Below are positions 8,250-18,177 of a stretch of 60,445 bases of DNA, piece by piece. A program made the translations under genes and the position numbers. This stretch comes from Cyanobacteria bacterium J06627_8 (GTDB lineage Bacteria > Cyanobacteriota > Cyanobacteriia > CAKZMO01). Numbering within the stretch: the stretch's first letter is position 1; the number at the start of each line of letters is the position of its first letter. The stretch covers positions 1 to 60,445 of the forward strand of contig JBCBLF010000003.1 in NCBI GenBank assembly GCA_038520475.1, read 5' to 3'. The notes beneath the pieces were generated by a model, which made no database searches, had not been told where the DNA came from, and saw nothing but the letters and a program-made list of their open reading frames with translations.

Positions 8250-9197
8250 TTAAGCTTTTGTCGTAATAAAGAAATAGCCTTCATGTAAAATTCGAAATCC
8301 CGCGCGAGTGAAGATGCGTCGATTGGTTTGTCGGTTTTCTTCTGACGATGGAATGAGTGGTGGACTGCTATATAACAAGCCATCAGGAAGAAGACCCGTT
8401 CGAAGAGACTGAAAAAAGGTCGCTACATCTTCATAGCTGTGGTGGTCGTATAAAAAACTCTGCCGATTAAACAAATTGATGCAAGAAATAACGTCAAACT
8501 TCTGTCGTGTGGTTCGAAGCCACTGATCAACGTCATCAAACTCAACTTTAAAGTGCTTGTAGGCCACATCATACGCATACTCGCCTGAGTTGTTCGCACG
8601 CGGATCAAGGCCGATGGCTTTAGCTCCCAACATTTGAAGCATTTCAGTCGCGATGGGTGGGCGGTCGGCATGAAACTGTAGCAGCAAGTCTTGAGTGCCA
8701 TCTGGCGGACCGTATGTTGATAGTGCGCCACACCCAACATCTAGAACACTCAATCCATAGATAGGACTTGTATTCATATAGTCAAAGCTGTCGCACAACG
8801 TTCCAACTAGGAATAAAACATCGGGCTTCAGGATGTAGTTATCAAAATCGACCTTGTATGCCCGAAACCGCTCATTGCTCCGAAACATTCGAATCAAGAG
8901 CTGTTTGCCGAAGCTATTCAAATGCTTAATCTTTTCGCTCTGATCCAGCATCTGAAGCTGCATCTCTGCTTGATCAGGGGAAAAACACGAGAGCTGCATA
9001 AGTAGATGTTTAATTTCATCTGCTTCGCGAATAATTGCCTTTGTACGAGGCGATAGAGGTTTATCGCCAGAGGAGGTCTGCTGCAATGATGATGGCATCG
9101 ACGAACCGCGGGGATAGTTTGAAGAGGTAGATTGTGAGTCAGCTGTCATAGATCGGGCAGCCGGTGTATTAAGCTCTGAATATTTCGCTCTTATCAT
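8250..9197 (-). CDS. Class I SAM-dependent methyltransferase-like protein
   Basis: Motif I-like VLDVGCGALS, followed by an acidic loop and post-I/II hydrophobic strands. The N-terminus is Ser-rich and low-complexity. Confidence 0.6.
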   Translation of the reverse strand: MIRAKYSELNTPAARSMTADSQSTSSNYPRGSSMPSSLQQTSSGDKPLSPRTKAIIREADEIKHLLMQLSCFSPDQAEMQLQMLDQSEKIKHLNSFGKQLLIRMFRSNERFRAYKVDFDNYILKPDVLFLVGTLCDSFDYMNTSPIYGLSVLDVGCGALSTYGPPDGTQDLLLQFHADRPPIATEMLQMLGAKAIGLDPRANNSGEYAYDVAYKHFKVEFDDVDQWLRTTRQKFDVISCINLFNRQSFLYDHHSYEDVATFFQSLRTGLLPDGLLYSSPPLIPSSEENRQTNRRIFTRAGFRILHEGYFFITTKA

Positions 9198-9426
9198 AGG
9201 TTGCCCAATATCACAGTGTTGAAAACATAGAAATTTGCAGCGCTTGAACGCAGTTTTCTCTCATCCTGACTCATCAGTAAGCTAGATGCTAGGACACTGA
9301 GTTGATGAGCGTTTCGCCCTGATCTGCAAATGCACTGAAACAGCTGCCCGGTAGAACATGGATCGCTTCTTACGATAGTTGCTGAATCGGTTGAGCTGTA
9401 ATGAAAGTGTTGCTGGAGTTTGAAGC

Positions 9427-9445
9427 TTTATAAGGCCCAGTAGAT
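9427..9445 (+). repeat. 19-mer tttataaggcccagtagat (copy 1)
   Basis: It matches 11302-11320 at 18 of 19 positions in the same orientation, and lies in the 882-nt spacer upstream of the COG0701 permease gene. Confidence 0.6.
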
Positions 9446-10079
9446 GACCAATACGAATCTGGAGCATGTATATGCTCCAGATGACGTAGGAATGCCGGAA
9501 TTGTTCCCGTTAAGTTTGGAAATGGTCCACTCAGGTGAGGATCTTCACTGCTCCCTTATTGATGTGGATGATTCAATCACTCGTTTGGCCCTATTTAGTT
9601 TCCTTCTATCTATAGCAATCTTCAACTGTGTTCCATAAAGAGTACGGATATACGACGCAGCGCTTCTCATGCCACTGGGCTTAATCAATTCGAAAATGCT
9701 ATTTGGGCAATGCGAATAAAGGTATAAGAGGTTTGGGTTTGTCTAAATTCGTATGCCTTTATTCTGGCTTTGAGGAGCATGCCAAGTTATGCACAAGAAG
9801 ACTTCAGCATTTTCGTGCGAAGTCCGATACTCCCACAAAAATATATTATGTTCAGACTGATGTAAGTCCTGGGGTAGGATAGTTTGATGGACAGCTAGAT
9901 GCTTTACCGATGACAAACGGGTCCAGAATGACCAAAAGTATGGGTACAGGTTGGGCTCGGTCTATCACATCTCTTGCTCCAGTCATTGTTGTGCAATGAG
10001 TGATGCGTCGAGTTGAGTGCCCCCTTACAAAATAATTTGACTGTGCCTTGTTGTCTTCATTTGAGGAAGGCTGGCTTGT

Positions 10080-11105
10080 ATGGGATATGTAATGAATGCG
10101 CTGACACTATTCTTCAGCCTAATGGTTGAAGCGATGCCATTTTTGCTGATTGGCGTCCTGTTTTCTAGTGCATTGCTTTTATTTGTTGATGAGCGTCAGC
10201 TCGTCAAAGCCATGCCCCAGAATCCAATTTTAGGAGCTTTGGCAGGCAGCTTGTTTGGCTTTTTGTTTCCAGTTTGTGAGTGTGGCAATGTTCCGGTTGC
10301 TCGACGACTGATGATTCAGGGTGTGCCATCGTCGGTTGCCATTGGCTTTTTGTTGGCGGCTCCGACGGTGAACCCAATTGTTGTGTGGGCAACCTGGACT
10401 GCTTTTAGAGATCAACCTGAGCTTGTGTTCTTGAGAATCGGGTTTTCTATCATCATTGCCACCGCAGTTGGATGGATCTTTAGCTTTCAAAAAGATTTGA
10501 GGCCGTTGTTGCAGCCTAGTACAGCCAATATGCTTCCCGAGCCGCTGCGGTTGCCATCATCAACAGGACGATCATCGAATGCGTCATTATTGCTCCAATC
10601 TGGCAGCTTCTTGTTGGGGAATTCTAGTCAAACTCAACGCTTAGAGCCCAGTCTTATGTTTGCGACTTCGTCAGGGGCGATCGCCACTCGATCGTTGTCT
10701 GAACGGTTCCAGTTGCTTGTGGAAAACATGGTTCAAGAGCTGCGTGAATTAGGCGGGGTTTTGGTTCTTGGCAGTGCGATCGCCGCCATTGTTCAAGTTG
10801 CGATTCCGAGAGAGGTTATTCTGACGCTGGGCCAGGGTCCAGTTGCATCCATTATTGCCATGATGACATTGGCCTGGGTCGTATCGATTTGTTCGACTGT
10901 TGATTCATTCTTTGCTCTATCTTTTGCGGCAACCTTTACAAGCGGTTCATTGCTTGCCTTTATGGTCTTTGGCCCCATGATTGATGTGAAAAATATTGGC
11001 TTGCTGATGTCTGTGTTTCGAGGGCGAGCCATTATCTACTTATTTGCCCTTGCTGCTCAAATGACCTTTATATTGACACTGTTAGTGAATTTGTACTTTA
11101 GCTAG
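10080..11105 (+). CDS. COG0701/DUF318-type permease
   Basis: A polytopic membrane protein with the family's conserved PVCECGNVP motif. It is paired with a TIGR03943-type gene downstream. Confidence 0.8.
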   Translation: MGYVMNALTLFFSLMVEAMPFLLIGVLFSSALLLFVDERQLVKAMPQNPILGALAGSLFGFLFPVCECGNVPVARRLMIQGVPSSVAIGFLLAAPTVNPIVVWATWTAFRDQPELVFLRIGFSIIIATAVGWIFSFQKDLRPLLQPSTANMLPEPLRLPSSTGRSSNASLLLQSGSFLLGNSSQTQRLEPSLMFATSSGAIATRSLSERFQLLVENMVQELRELGGVLVLGSAIAAIVQVAIPREVILTLGQGPVASIIAMMTLAWVVSICSTVDSFFALSFAATFTSGSLLAFMVFGPMIDVKNIGLLMSVFRGRAIIYLFALAAQMTFILTLLVNLYFS

Positions 11106-11301
11106 TGGATACAAGTGAGCACTTGGCGTTATGTCTGAATCAGGAACTGAGTCCGATCGGTCTCACCTCATTTATCCTATGGACTCAATAAGCAAGATGA
11201 ATGACATAAATACCCACTTATTCACTAGACTGTCACCAGTTTCCAGTTTTGCAACCTAGTTCAGCGTAAAGTAATGGTGATTTACGCAATCTGTTCAAGG
11301 A

Positions 11302-11320
11302 TTTATAAGCCCCAGTAGAT
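11302..11320 (+). repeat. 19-mer tttataagccccagtagat (copy 2)
   Basis: It matches 9427-9445 at 18 of 19 positions, and ends 92 nt upstream of the TIGR03943-type gene start. Confidence 0.6.
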
Positions 11321-11411
11321 AGAGAGACCCATTCATTTCTTCAGGTTTATTTCTTTAGAAGATATGTGGTGATTCAGCGATATCGTTCAGTAGTGCCAGA
11401 TTTGAGTTTAT

Positions 11412-12227
11412 ATGACCGTTAAGACTCGACCGCCTCGTTCACGAATACCATCACGACCAGAGCCAAATCGCAGTGATTGGGCATTTTGGTTGGACACGTC
11501 TGCATTGCTCCTGTGGGGGTCGCTCTTACTGAAGTATTGGGTCAGTGGCCAAATCTATTACTTACTGCATCCTGATTACATTTGGCTAGCGGTCAGTGGA
11601 GGGATTGGGCTGCTGGCACTGGGGATTTCTCAATTGATACGATTTTTTTCTCGATCAAACTCTAAGCGCAGCTTAGAGTCACGATTGCAGTTGCAAATGC
11701 AGCACATTACAGTATTGCCATCTGGATTTGGCAGCAGTTTGTTAATTGCGATCGCCTGTTTAGGCTTGCTATACACCCCACGGCCATTTGCAAGCGATAT
11801 TGCCCTTCAGCGGGGCGTCACCGATACATTGTCCATGACGCGCTCTCAACCCCAAGAGTTTCGGGTGTCAAACCAACCTGAGACCCGGTCTCTGCTTGAT
11901 TGGATTCGCACCATCAATGTGTATCCAGAACCTGATGCGTATGCAGGCGATCCGGTGAATGTCGAAGGATTTGTCGTGTATCCGCCTGAGTTGCCAGAAG
12001 ATCATCTGATGATCTCTCGATTTATCATCACCTGTTGTGCGGCAGATGCGTATCCGGTTGGACTTCCTGTAAAGGTTGATGGCGATCGCACACAGTTCGC
12101 TGAAGACGAGTGGTTCAAGGTGAGTGGCACGATGATGACAGCGACCGTTAATGGTCAGCGTCAATTGGTGATTGACAGTGACTCGTTGGAATCGATTCCA
12201 ACTCCGCGCAATCCTTACGACACGTAA
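11412..12227 (+). CDS. TIGR03943/DUF1980-family protein (partner subunit of COG0701 permeases)
   Basis: N-terminal TMs and a C-terminal domain with the signature FIITCCAADA. It has the usual adjacency to a COG0701 permease. Confidence 0.8.
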   Translation: MTVKTRPPRSRIPSRPEPNRSDWAFWLDTSALLLWGSLLLKYWVSGQIYYLLHPDYIWLAVSGGIGLLALGISQLIRFFSRSNSKRSLESRLQLQMQHITVLPSGFGSSLLIAIACLGLLYTPRPFASDIALQRGVTDTLSMTRSQPQEFRVSNQPETRSLLDWIRTINVYPEPDAYAGDPVNVEGFVVYPPELPEDHLMISRFIITCCAADAYPVGLPVKVDGDRTQFAEDEWFKVSGTMMTATVNGQRQLVIDSDSLESIPTPRNPYDT

Positions 12228-12293
12228 CAGCTGTTCGCTTACTGATGGCATCTGTAAGTGAATACGTGTTTGCGCCTGATGCCTATGGCTATG

Positions 12294-12893
12294 TTAGTGA
12301 AACAGCCAGCTCGTGAATGCGTATTTCGTGCCCTTGAGAATGGGGAGAGATTGATGCGGATGCGTGAAATAGGATGGAAATAACAAAACAGAACCTGCTT
12401 GTGGCTTCACCTTGACATCTTGACGGTCAAAATAAGTTTCACCGCCTTCGAAGTCATCATTCAGGTAACCAACAACACTAATATCTCGCGTGGGAATACC
12501 TTGTTGAACTTCCTGAAATCGACTGGAGAGCAAAATGTTGTCTACATGTCGTTTATAGAACTGATGAGTTCGATAGCGCAGGATTGAGCAGGGTTCTGCG
12601 TAGGGGAACTGCACGCCATATTGATCAAACAAAAACTGTTTGACGATGGCCAACTTTCCTAAAATGAGCTGATTTGTCGACTGACTCAACGCCTGATCGC
12701 CACCCAGTTGAACCAGATCATTGCTGCGAACGTCACTATCGATAGTTTGCATCAGAATGCCTGCATTCTTAAAATCCGCAGTATCTGCCACACTAATCAA
12801 GTGTTGACAGGTTTGTGAGTCAATCACGTTCTGAAGCAGGAAAATCTCCTGGCCTAAGGTTGGTCCTTCATAACTAAGAGTTTGCTGGGGCAT
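12294..12893 (-). CDS. 2OG-Fe(II) oxygenase (prolyl 4-hydroxylase-like)
   Basis: HxD (HVDN) and a distal His (THPHQ) in a double-stranded beta-helix-like context, with GGETYF between them. Confidence 0.7.
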   Translation of the reverse strand: MPQQTLSYEGPTLGQEIFLLQNVIDSQTCQHLISVADTADFKNAGILMQTIDSDVRSNDLVQLGGDQALSQSTNQLILGKLAIVKQFLFDQYGVQFPYAEPCSILRYRTHQFYKRHVDNILLSSRFQEVQQGIPTRDISVVGYLNDDFEGGETYFDRQDVKVKPQAGSVLLFPSYFTHPHQSLPILKGTKYAFTSWLFH

Positions 12894-13228
12894 GTTGCAA
12901 GCCGATGTTCGGAAGTAATGGGACTAAGTGAACGTAACTGATGAACGTAGTTAAGGAAGATAAACTGTTGTCATTTTGTTGAGCAAAGGCTTTGGTTTAG
13001 AATAGGGAACTCGTAATACTATGCCCCCATTATCTCGGTCAGGACTTGTGTACATTTATTGCCTCTAGTGATGTGTAAGTCCTACAGGTCTTGTAGCTTT
13101 ATGAACCCAGTCAGCATGTATAGTGACTCATTGATTGCAACTCATTAATCGTGATTTATGTGTATCTACGTTCTAAAGTCAGCGATGTCTGGCTTGGAAA
13201 GAGCGATTATTCATAGCCTCGAATCTGC

Positions 13229-14818
13229 ATGGTTTATCATTCCCAATTTCGTCATCGGTTGAAGCAGCCTCTCGATCGCGCTGCTTTGATCACGATGGCG
13301 GTTCTTACAATTATCATTGTTCTGCTGGCAACGGTTGGCGATCGCACCGCCCCTCAGGTTCGCACCTTTAGCTGGCAAGACAAACAAATTGGAGCCGATG
13401 ACAACGCTCTGATTCTGAGCTTCACTCGCCCGATGAATGAAGCTTCTGTTGAAGAAAACTTTGCTCTTGAAGCATTGATATCCGACACCGAGCGAGAACG
13501 TATTCCTGGACGGTTTAGTTGGGCGGGTCGCCGCATGGCTTACACATTGAATTCACCCGCTCCATATGGATATGAATTTGAACTCACGTTGGACTCGGCG
13601 TTTGACCGATTTAGCGATAATCCTGAAGATGAAGCTCGTTTGAGGCCATTTCAGGGAACGTTTCAGACTCGCGATCGCGCCTTTTTATATTTGGGCACAA
13701 CTGGAGATGAAGAGGGTCGTCTGGTTCTTCATAATCTGACCCAAAAAACAAAACGAATTCTGACTCCAGAAACGCTAGTTGTCAGCGATTATGAACCTTA
13801 TCCAAATGGCGATCGAGTCCTGTTTGCTGCAACCGATCGGGCGTCTCAAGAACAAGGATTATTTAATCAACAGCTTTATGCGGTTTCGACAGGCATCACA
13901 GTCGATCCTCCCGTGCCTGCCCTTGGATATTCGTCTGAAGCTGCAGCAGCATCTGTAGAAGAAGAGTTGGCTGAAGGTGAGGTCAGGCTGATTCTTGACA
14001 GTGTTGATTATCAAAACCTTAAATTTGACTTATCTGCTGACGGTCAAACAATTGTTATCTATCGGGTTAATCGTCAAAATCCTGCCGAGTTTGGCCTGTG
14101 GGTGTTACGAGCAGGCCAAGACCCAGAACCTTTATCTACTGAACCAGGTGGCGATTTTCTGATCACACCAGATAGTCAAGCCATTGCATATTTGCAGGGA
14201 GAAGGGATGGCAATCTTCTCCCTAGCACAGCCAGACATCCAAGATGCTGAGGAGATCGATGAGACGAAGCCGCTTGATTTCTTACCTCAATTTGGCCTAG
14301 TGCTTAACTTTTCGCGTGATGGGTCTGCGGTTGCAACCGTCCAATTTAATCGTGACCCCGCCAATCCGACGCGATCGCTATACCTCGTCACCAATCGAGG
14401 TGAAGAAACTGAACTGGTAGAGACGACAGGTTCAATTCTCAAAGCTGAATTTGATCCGACAGGAACCTTCTTATATTGTCTGTTGACTGAGCTGCTACCC
14501 GGCGACATCTACGCTGAGCAGCCTTATCTCTCAGCTATCAACCTGGAAACTCAAGAACGCACGGATTTACTAGTTTTACCCATTCAGCAAGATATTCAGA
14601 TGGATGTTGCACCGGATGGACTCGGCATCTTGTTTGACCAAATCATTGCAGCCCAATCACCAGGTGAATCATCTGTATTGCGAAGTAATGATGGTCAGCT
14701 GATTGAGTCAGGTCAGCTTTGGTTTTTCCCAATTGTCTTGGGAGATGATGGTAATCCTATTCAAGCAGAGCCAAAAATTATTTCTGATGAGGGCTTACGT
14801 CCACAGTGGTTGCCATAG
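13229..14818 (+). CDS. Membrane-anchored conserved hypothetical protein (Ig-like N-domain plus probable beta-propeller)
   Basis: An N-terminal TM, then an SbsA-Ig-like segment (LILSFTRPMNEASVE), then repeated strand-rich segments reminiscent of TolB-type propellers. No catalytic motif was recognised. Confidence 0.55.
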   Translation: MVYHSQFRHRLKQPLDRAALITMAVLTIIIVLLATVGDRTAPQVRTFSWQDKQIGADDNALILSFTRPMNEASVEENFALEALISDTERERIPGRFSWAGRRMAYTLNSPAPYGYEFELTLDSAFDRFSDNPEDEARLRPFQGTFQTRDRAFLYLGTTGDEEGRLVLHNLTQKTKRILTPETLVVSDYEPYPNGDRVLFAATDRASQEQGLFNQQLYAVSTGITVDPPVPALGYSSEAAAASVEEELAEGEVRLILDSVDYQNLKFDLSADGQTIVIYRVNRQNPAEFGLWVLRAGQDPEPLSTEPGGDFLITPDSQAIAYLQGEGMAIFSLAQPDIQDAEEIDETKPLDFLPQFGLVLNFSRDGSAVATVQFNRDPANPTRSLYLVTNRGEETELVETTGSILKAEFDPTGTFLYCLLTELLPGDIYAEQPYLSAINLETQERTDLLVLPIQQDIQMDVAPDGLGILFDQIIAAQSPGESSVLRSNDGQLIESGQLWFFPIVLGDDGNPIQAEPKIISDEGLRPQWLP

Positions 14819-14949
14819 TTGGGTTAACGAATCGTTTTACCAATGAATGGTCATGCCAGCCGTACTAGGATGTTGCTGCATGACTATCCCCTATTTCCCA
14901 AATGATTTGGGAGATGTAGCGTTCAGAGCATTGTGTGATGAGAGAACAT

Positions 14950-15174
14950 TTAAGTCGTCGCAGTAAGCCGCTGATCAACCCATCGTTTTGCAGTTCGAAC
15001 GGCCTCCTCTCGGGTGAATGCAAATGAGTCCGCGAGGGCGAATCCGGTTGAATAATCAACCCAAGCCGCATAGATGTCACGCCCTTCAAAGCGATCGCGC
15101 TCAATCTGGATTCGACATCCTCGATAAGTAAATGAAACCGTGATAGCTGGATAGTGCGGCTCTGGAACAATCAT
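14950..15174 (-). CDS. Small conserved hypothetical protein translationally coupled to trmB
   Basis: Its ATG overlaps the trmB stop in an ATGA junction (15171-15174). 74 aa, with no recognised motif. Confidence 0.5.
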   Translation of the reverse strand: MIVPEPHYPAITVSFTYRGCRIQIERDRFEGRDIYAAWVDYSTGFALADSFAFTREEAVRTAKRWVDQRLTATT

Positions 15175-15815
15175 GGCGTAGCAGGATTTCTGATAAACAT
15201 AGCACGATAGACAGGCTCCCCCTTTTCAAGGGTCATCTCTTCTCTTTCCGTGGAAACGCCAATCGGATTTTCTGAAAGCCAATGGTTGACGGTTCTCGTA
15301 AACGCTGAATGTGCTTGAAATTGTTCACACATTGAGAGGGCCAAGGCCTCAATATCAGATTGAAGAAAAATAGTTGCGTGAGGAGGCATTACTCGGGCGA
15401 GGTCAGTCACGAGCTGAGGCTGCACAACTCGACGCTTGTGATGTCGACGCTTAAACCACGGATCAGGGAAAAAAATGCTAACGCGCTGCAACACTTGATT
15501 TGGAAGAGAGGCTAATAGTGGACCCAATGTGGTGTTCGCATTACAGGTCATGAAATATAGATTGCTTAAGCCAAGTTCATCTCGCTTCTCAAGTGCCTGA
15601 TACACCAGCGGTTCACGAATTTCGATACCAAGAAAATTCCACTCTGGATGTTGGGACGCTATTTGAAATAAAAATTGACCGTGAGCGCTGCCAATATCTA
15701 GATGAAGGGGAGCAGTGGGATTTGTGTAGATATTGGGCCAATGTGGCGGCGCAACGGTACGTTGATGTTTTCGACTCAGCGGATTAACATGCTGGCGCAC
15801 ACGAACAGTAGACAA
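15171..15815 (-). CDS. trmB: tRNA (guanine-N7)-methyltransferase
   Basis: N-terminal RVRQHVNPLS, the SAM-binding LDIGSAHGQF, and the FPDPWFKRRHHKRR motif typical of TrmB. Confidence 0.9.
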   Translation of the reverse strand: MSTVRVRQHVNPLSRKHQRTVAPPHWPNIYTNPTAPLHLDIGSAHGQFLFQIASQHPEWNFLGIEIREPLVYQALEKRDELGLSNLYFMTCNANTTLGPLLASLPNQVLQRVSIFFPDPWFKRRHHKRRVVQPQLVTDLARVMPPHATIFLQSDIEALALSMCEQFQAHSAFTRTVNHWLSENPIGVSTEREEMTLEKGEPVYRAMFIRNPATP

Positions 15816-16198
15816 GGCGATCGCTCTCTCCTAAAAAATGAACAGCCTTACTAGCGTATCAATTCTAGTGAACAGCACCAATTCTAGTTCACAAGTATTG
15901 CTATGTCTGTATCTCATACGTGTTAGCAGGTTCCAGTATCTTAAATCTCTGTCAACGTGAAGATTTCTGAATGGGGTTAAGACCTAAGCAGTTAACCGTT
16001 TTCTGTGGGTACTGCCCGCGAAAAAACGGTCTCAAAGGCCAGTACCTTCTGTGAAAGGTTTCTGGGATGCACTAGATACATCGTGTAAGTAAGGAAGCAT
16101 ACTTGCATCCCGCGCCCATTGTCTTTAGGATTGCGATGCAATCTAACATTGTGTTGACTCAACGGTACCGTCACTGTCAAAAGGGGAGTCTGGGAAAA

Positions 16199-17056
16199 AT
16201 GCGTTGGAAAATGGGCCGCCGAAGTAGAAATATCGAAGACCGTCGCGGTTCAAGAGGAGGTCGAACCGTTGCCGCCGGAGGTGGCCTTGGAGTCATCGTG
16301 ATTGCCTTGATTGTGATGCTATTGGGCGGTGATCCAACAGTTGTATTGAATCAGACGGGGCCTATCAGTCAGCAGCCAGTTCCCACGCAACCTAGACAAT
16401 CTTCTCCTGAAGAAGACCAGCTAGTTGATTTTGTTTCCGTCGTACTGGCGGATACAGAAGATACATGGAATGAAATTTTTCAGGAGTTGGGAGGCGACTA
16501 TCGGGAACCAACGTTGGTTCTATTTTCGGACGCTGTTAATTCTGCGTGTGGGTTTGCTGAAGCAGCAGTTGGTCCTTTCTATTGCCCAGCTGACGAAAAA
16601 GTCTATATCGATCTCAGTTTTTACGAAGATTTAAAGCGACGGCATCAAGCCCCAGGAGATTTCGCGCAGGCCTATGTGATTGCCCATGAAGTTGGTCATC
16701 ACGTCCAAAATCTGACAGGCATCTCTGGCCAGGTGCAACAGCTTCAGCGTCAGGTCAGTCAAGTTGAAGCTAATCAACTCTCGGTGCGTCTGGAACTCCA
16801 AGCTGATTGCTTTGCTGGGTTGTGGGCTCACCGAGCGGATGAGGCTCGACAGATTCTGGAGCGCGGCGACATTCAAGAAGCTCTGAATGCGGCGAGTGCC
16901 ATTGGTGATGATCGCCTCCAACGGCAGGCCAGGGGCTATGTGACTCCTGATTCCTTTACACATGGCTCCTCAGAGCAACGCGTTCGATGGTTTAGCGTTG
17001 GGCTCGAATCTGGGGCTATTCAGCAGTGCAATACGTTTGAAACTGCATCCTTGTAG
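16199..17056 (+). CDS. YpfJ-type neutral zinc metallopeptidase
   Basis: MRWKMGRRSRNIEDRRG N-terminus, one TM, and an HEVGHH zinc motif. The listed ORF opens at 16103, but the family-typical start is ATG 16199. Confidence 0.85.
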   Translation: MRWKMGRRSRNIEDRRGSRGGRTVAAGGGLGVIVIALIVMLLGGDPTVVLNQTGPISQQPVPTQPRQSSPEEDQLVDFVSVVLADTEDTWNEIFQELGGDYREPTLVLFSDAVNSACGFAEAAVGPFYCPADEKVYIDLSFYEDLKRRHQAPGDFAQAYVIAHEVGHHVQNLTGISGQVQQLQRQVSQVEANQLSVRLELQADCFAGLWAHRADEARQILERGDIQEALNAASAIGDDRLQRQARGYVTPDSFTHGSSEQRVRWFSVGLESGAIQQCNTFETASL

Positions 17057-17347
17057 AAGTAGAAAGTGCAAATTTTCTAATGTAGCCTGTAAACTGGTGC
17101 TTCGGTACTAGCAGCTAACGCTCATTCCTTTGAGACCTGGTGCGTGCGTTTACGTGATGAACGGCGTCGTTCATCATCACCCTCAAAACGATAAAAAACA
17201 CCAGCCGATGCTTGATTGATTGAAGCGGACATTGGTTTGTAGCGAGCCATTAACAGGGAAAAGCAATCTCAACCCCATTGATTCGGTGACTCTTAAACGA
17301 TAGGATGCTCATCGGGATGTAATCTCTCCTACATTGTTGACTTTATA

Positions 17348-18094
17348 GTGAGTTCAAAGCGATCGCCTGTGCGCAAGACTATCATTGCCGGAAATTGGAA
17401 AATGCATAAAACCCAAGCAGAATCATTGGAATTTCTGCAAGGATTTTTGCCTGAGCTAGCAGAAACGCCAGACAATCGAGAGGCGGTTTTGTGTGTACCC
17501 TTTACGGCATTACCCGTACTGTCAAAGAGTTTGCACGGTAGTCGCGTGAAGTTAGGTGCGCAAAACATTCATTGGGAGATTTCAGGCGCTTATACTGGCG
17601 AAGTCTCAGGTCCAATGCTTAAAGAATTTGGCGTGCGATATGTTGTGGTTGGCCACAGCGAGCGACGTCAATACTTTGGCGAAACTGATGAAACGGTCAA
17701 CCTGCGTTTAAAGTCGGCTCAGGCAAATGGTTTAGTCCCTATCTTGTGCGTTGGTGAGACGAAAGATCAGCGCGATAAAGGGGATACAGAACGCCACATC
17801 ATTCATCAACTCGAAAAAGACTTATTAGATGTTGATCAATCGCGTTTAGTGATTGCGTATGAGCCGATTTGGGCGATTGGAACAGGAGATACCTGCGAAT
17901 CAAAAGAAGCCAATCGCGTTATTGGTTTGATTCGAAGCAAGTTGCACAATGCTGACGTCCCGATCCAATACGGGGGCTCTGTCAAGCCTGGCAATATCGA
18001 TGAAATTATGGCCCAACCCGAAATTGATGGTGCATTGGTAGGTGGTGCGAGCCTGGATCCAAATGGTTTTGCTCGGATTGTTAACTATCAGTAA
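17348..18094 (+). CDS. tpiA: Triosephosphate isomerase
   Basis: AGNWKMH, VGHSERR and [10 protein letters not shown] motifs. The start codon is GTG. Confidence 0.95.
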   Translation: MSSKRSPVRKTIIAGNWKMHKTQAESLEFLQGFLPELAETPDNREAVLCVPFTALPVLSKSLHGSRVKLGAQNIHWEISGAYTGEVSGPMLKEFGVRYVVVGHSERRQYFGETDETVNLRLKSAQANGLVPILCVGETKDQRDKGDTERHIIHQLEKDLLDVDQSRLVIAYEPIWAIGTGDTCESKEANRVIGLIRSKLHNADVPIQYGGSVKPGNIDEIMAQPEIDGALVGGASLDPNGFARIVNYQ

Positions 18095-18177
18095 ATCATT
18101 TTCACTATTAGCGATCATGACGGCTCAAGCAGGTCTCCTTGGATTCTGATGAGACTGCTTAGGTGTTGATATATTGA

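Noticed and set aside
9284-9310. Possible third partial copy of the dinB-flanking repeat core (gctaggacactgagt versus gctaggacaccgagt).
   Set aside because: Similarity stops after about 15 nt. It cannot be separated from coincidence without a genome-wide search.
9861-9870. 9-mer GTAAGTCCT seen three times (9862, 13076, and reverse complement near 34818).
   Set aside because: The match is too short and was noticed post hoc. The flanks do not align.
16089-16102. NtcA-like GTA-N8-TAC site with a TAGGAT -10-like box 23 nt downstream, upstream of the metallopeptidase gene.
   Set aside because: GTA-N8-TAC is expected many times by chance in 60 kb. The flanks are not the extended TGTA/TACA consensus, and there is no nitrogen-related context.
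17130-17261. 43-codon minus-strand ORF (MARYKPMSASINQASAGVFYRFEGDDERRRSSRKRTHQVSKE) in the spacer upstream of tpiA.
   Set aside because: It has no Shine-Dalgarno sequence, no recognised homologue, and it overlaps a simple hairpin. The evidence is insufficient.
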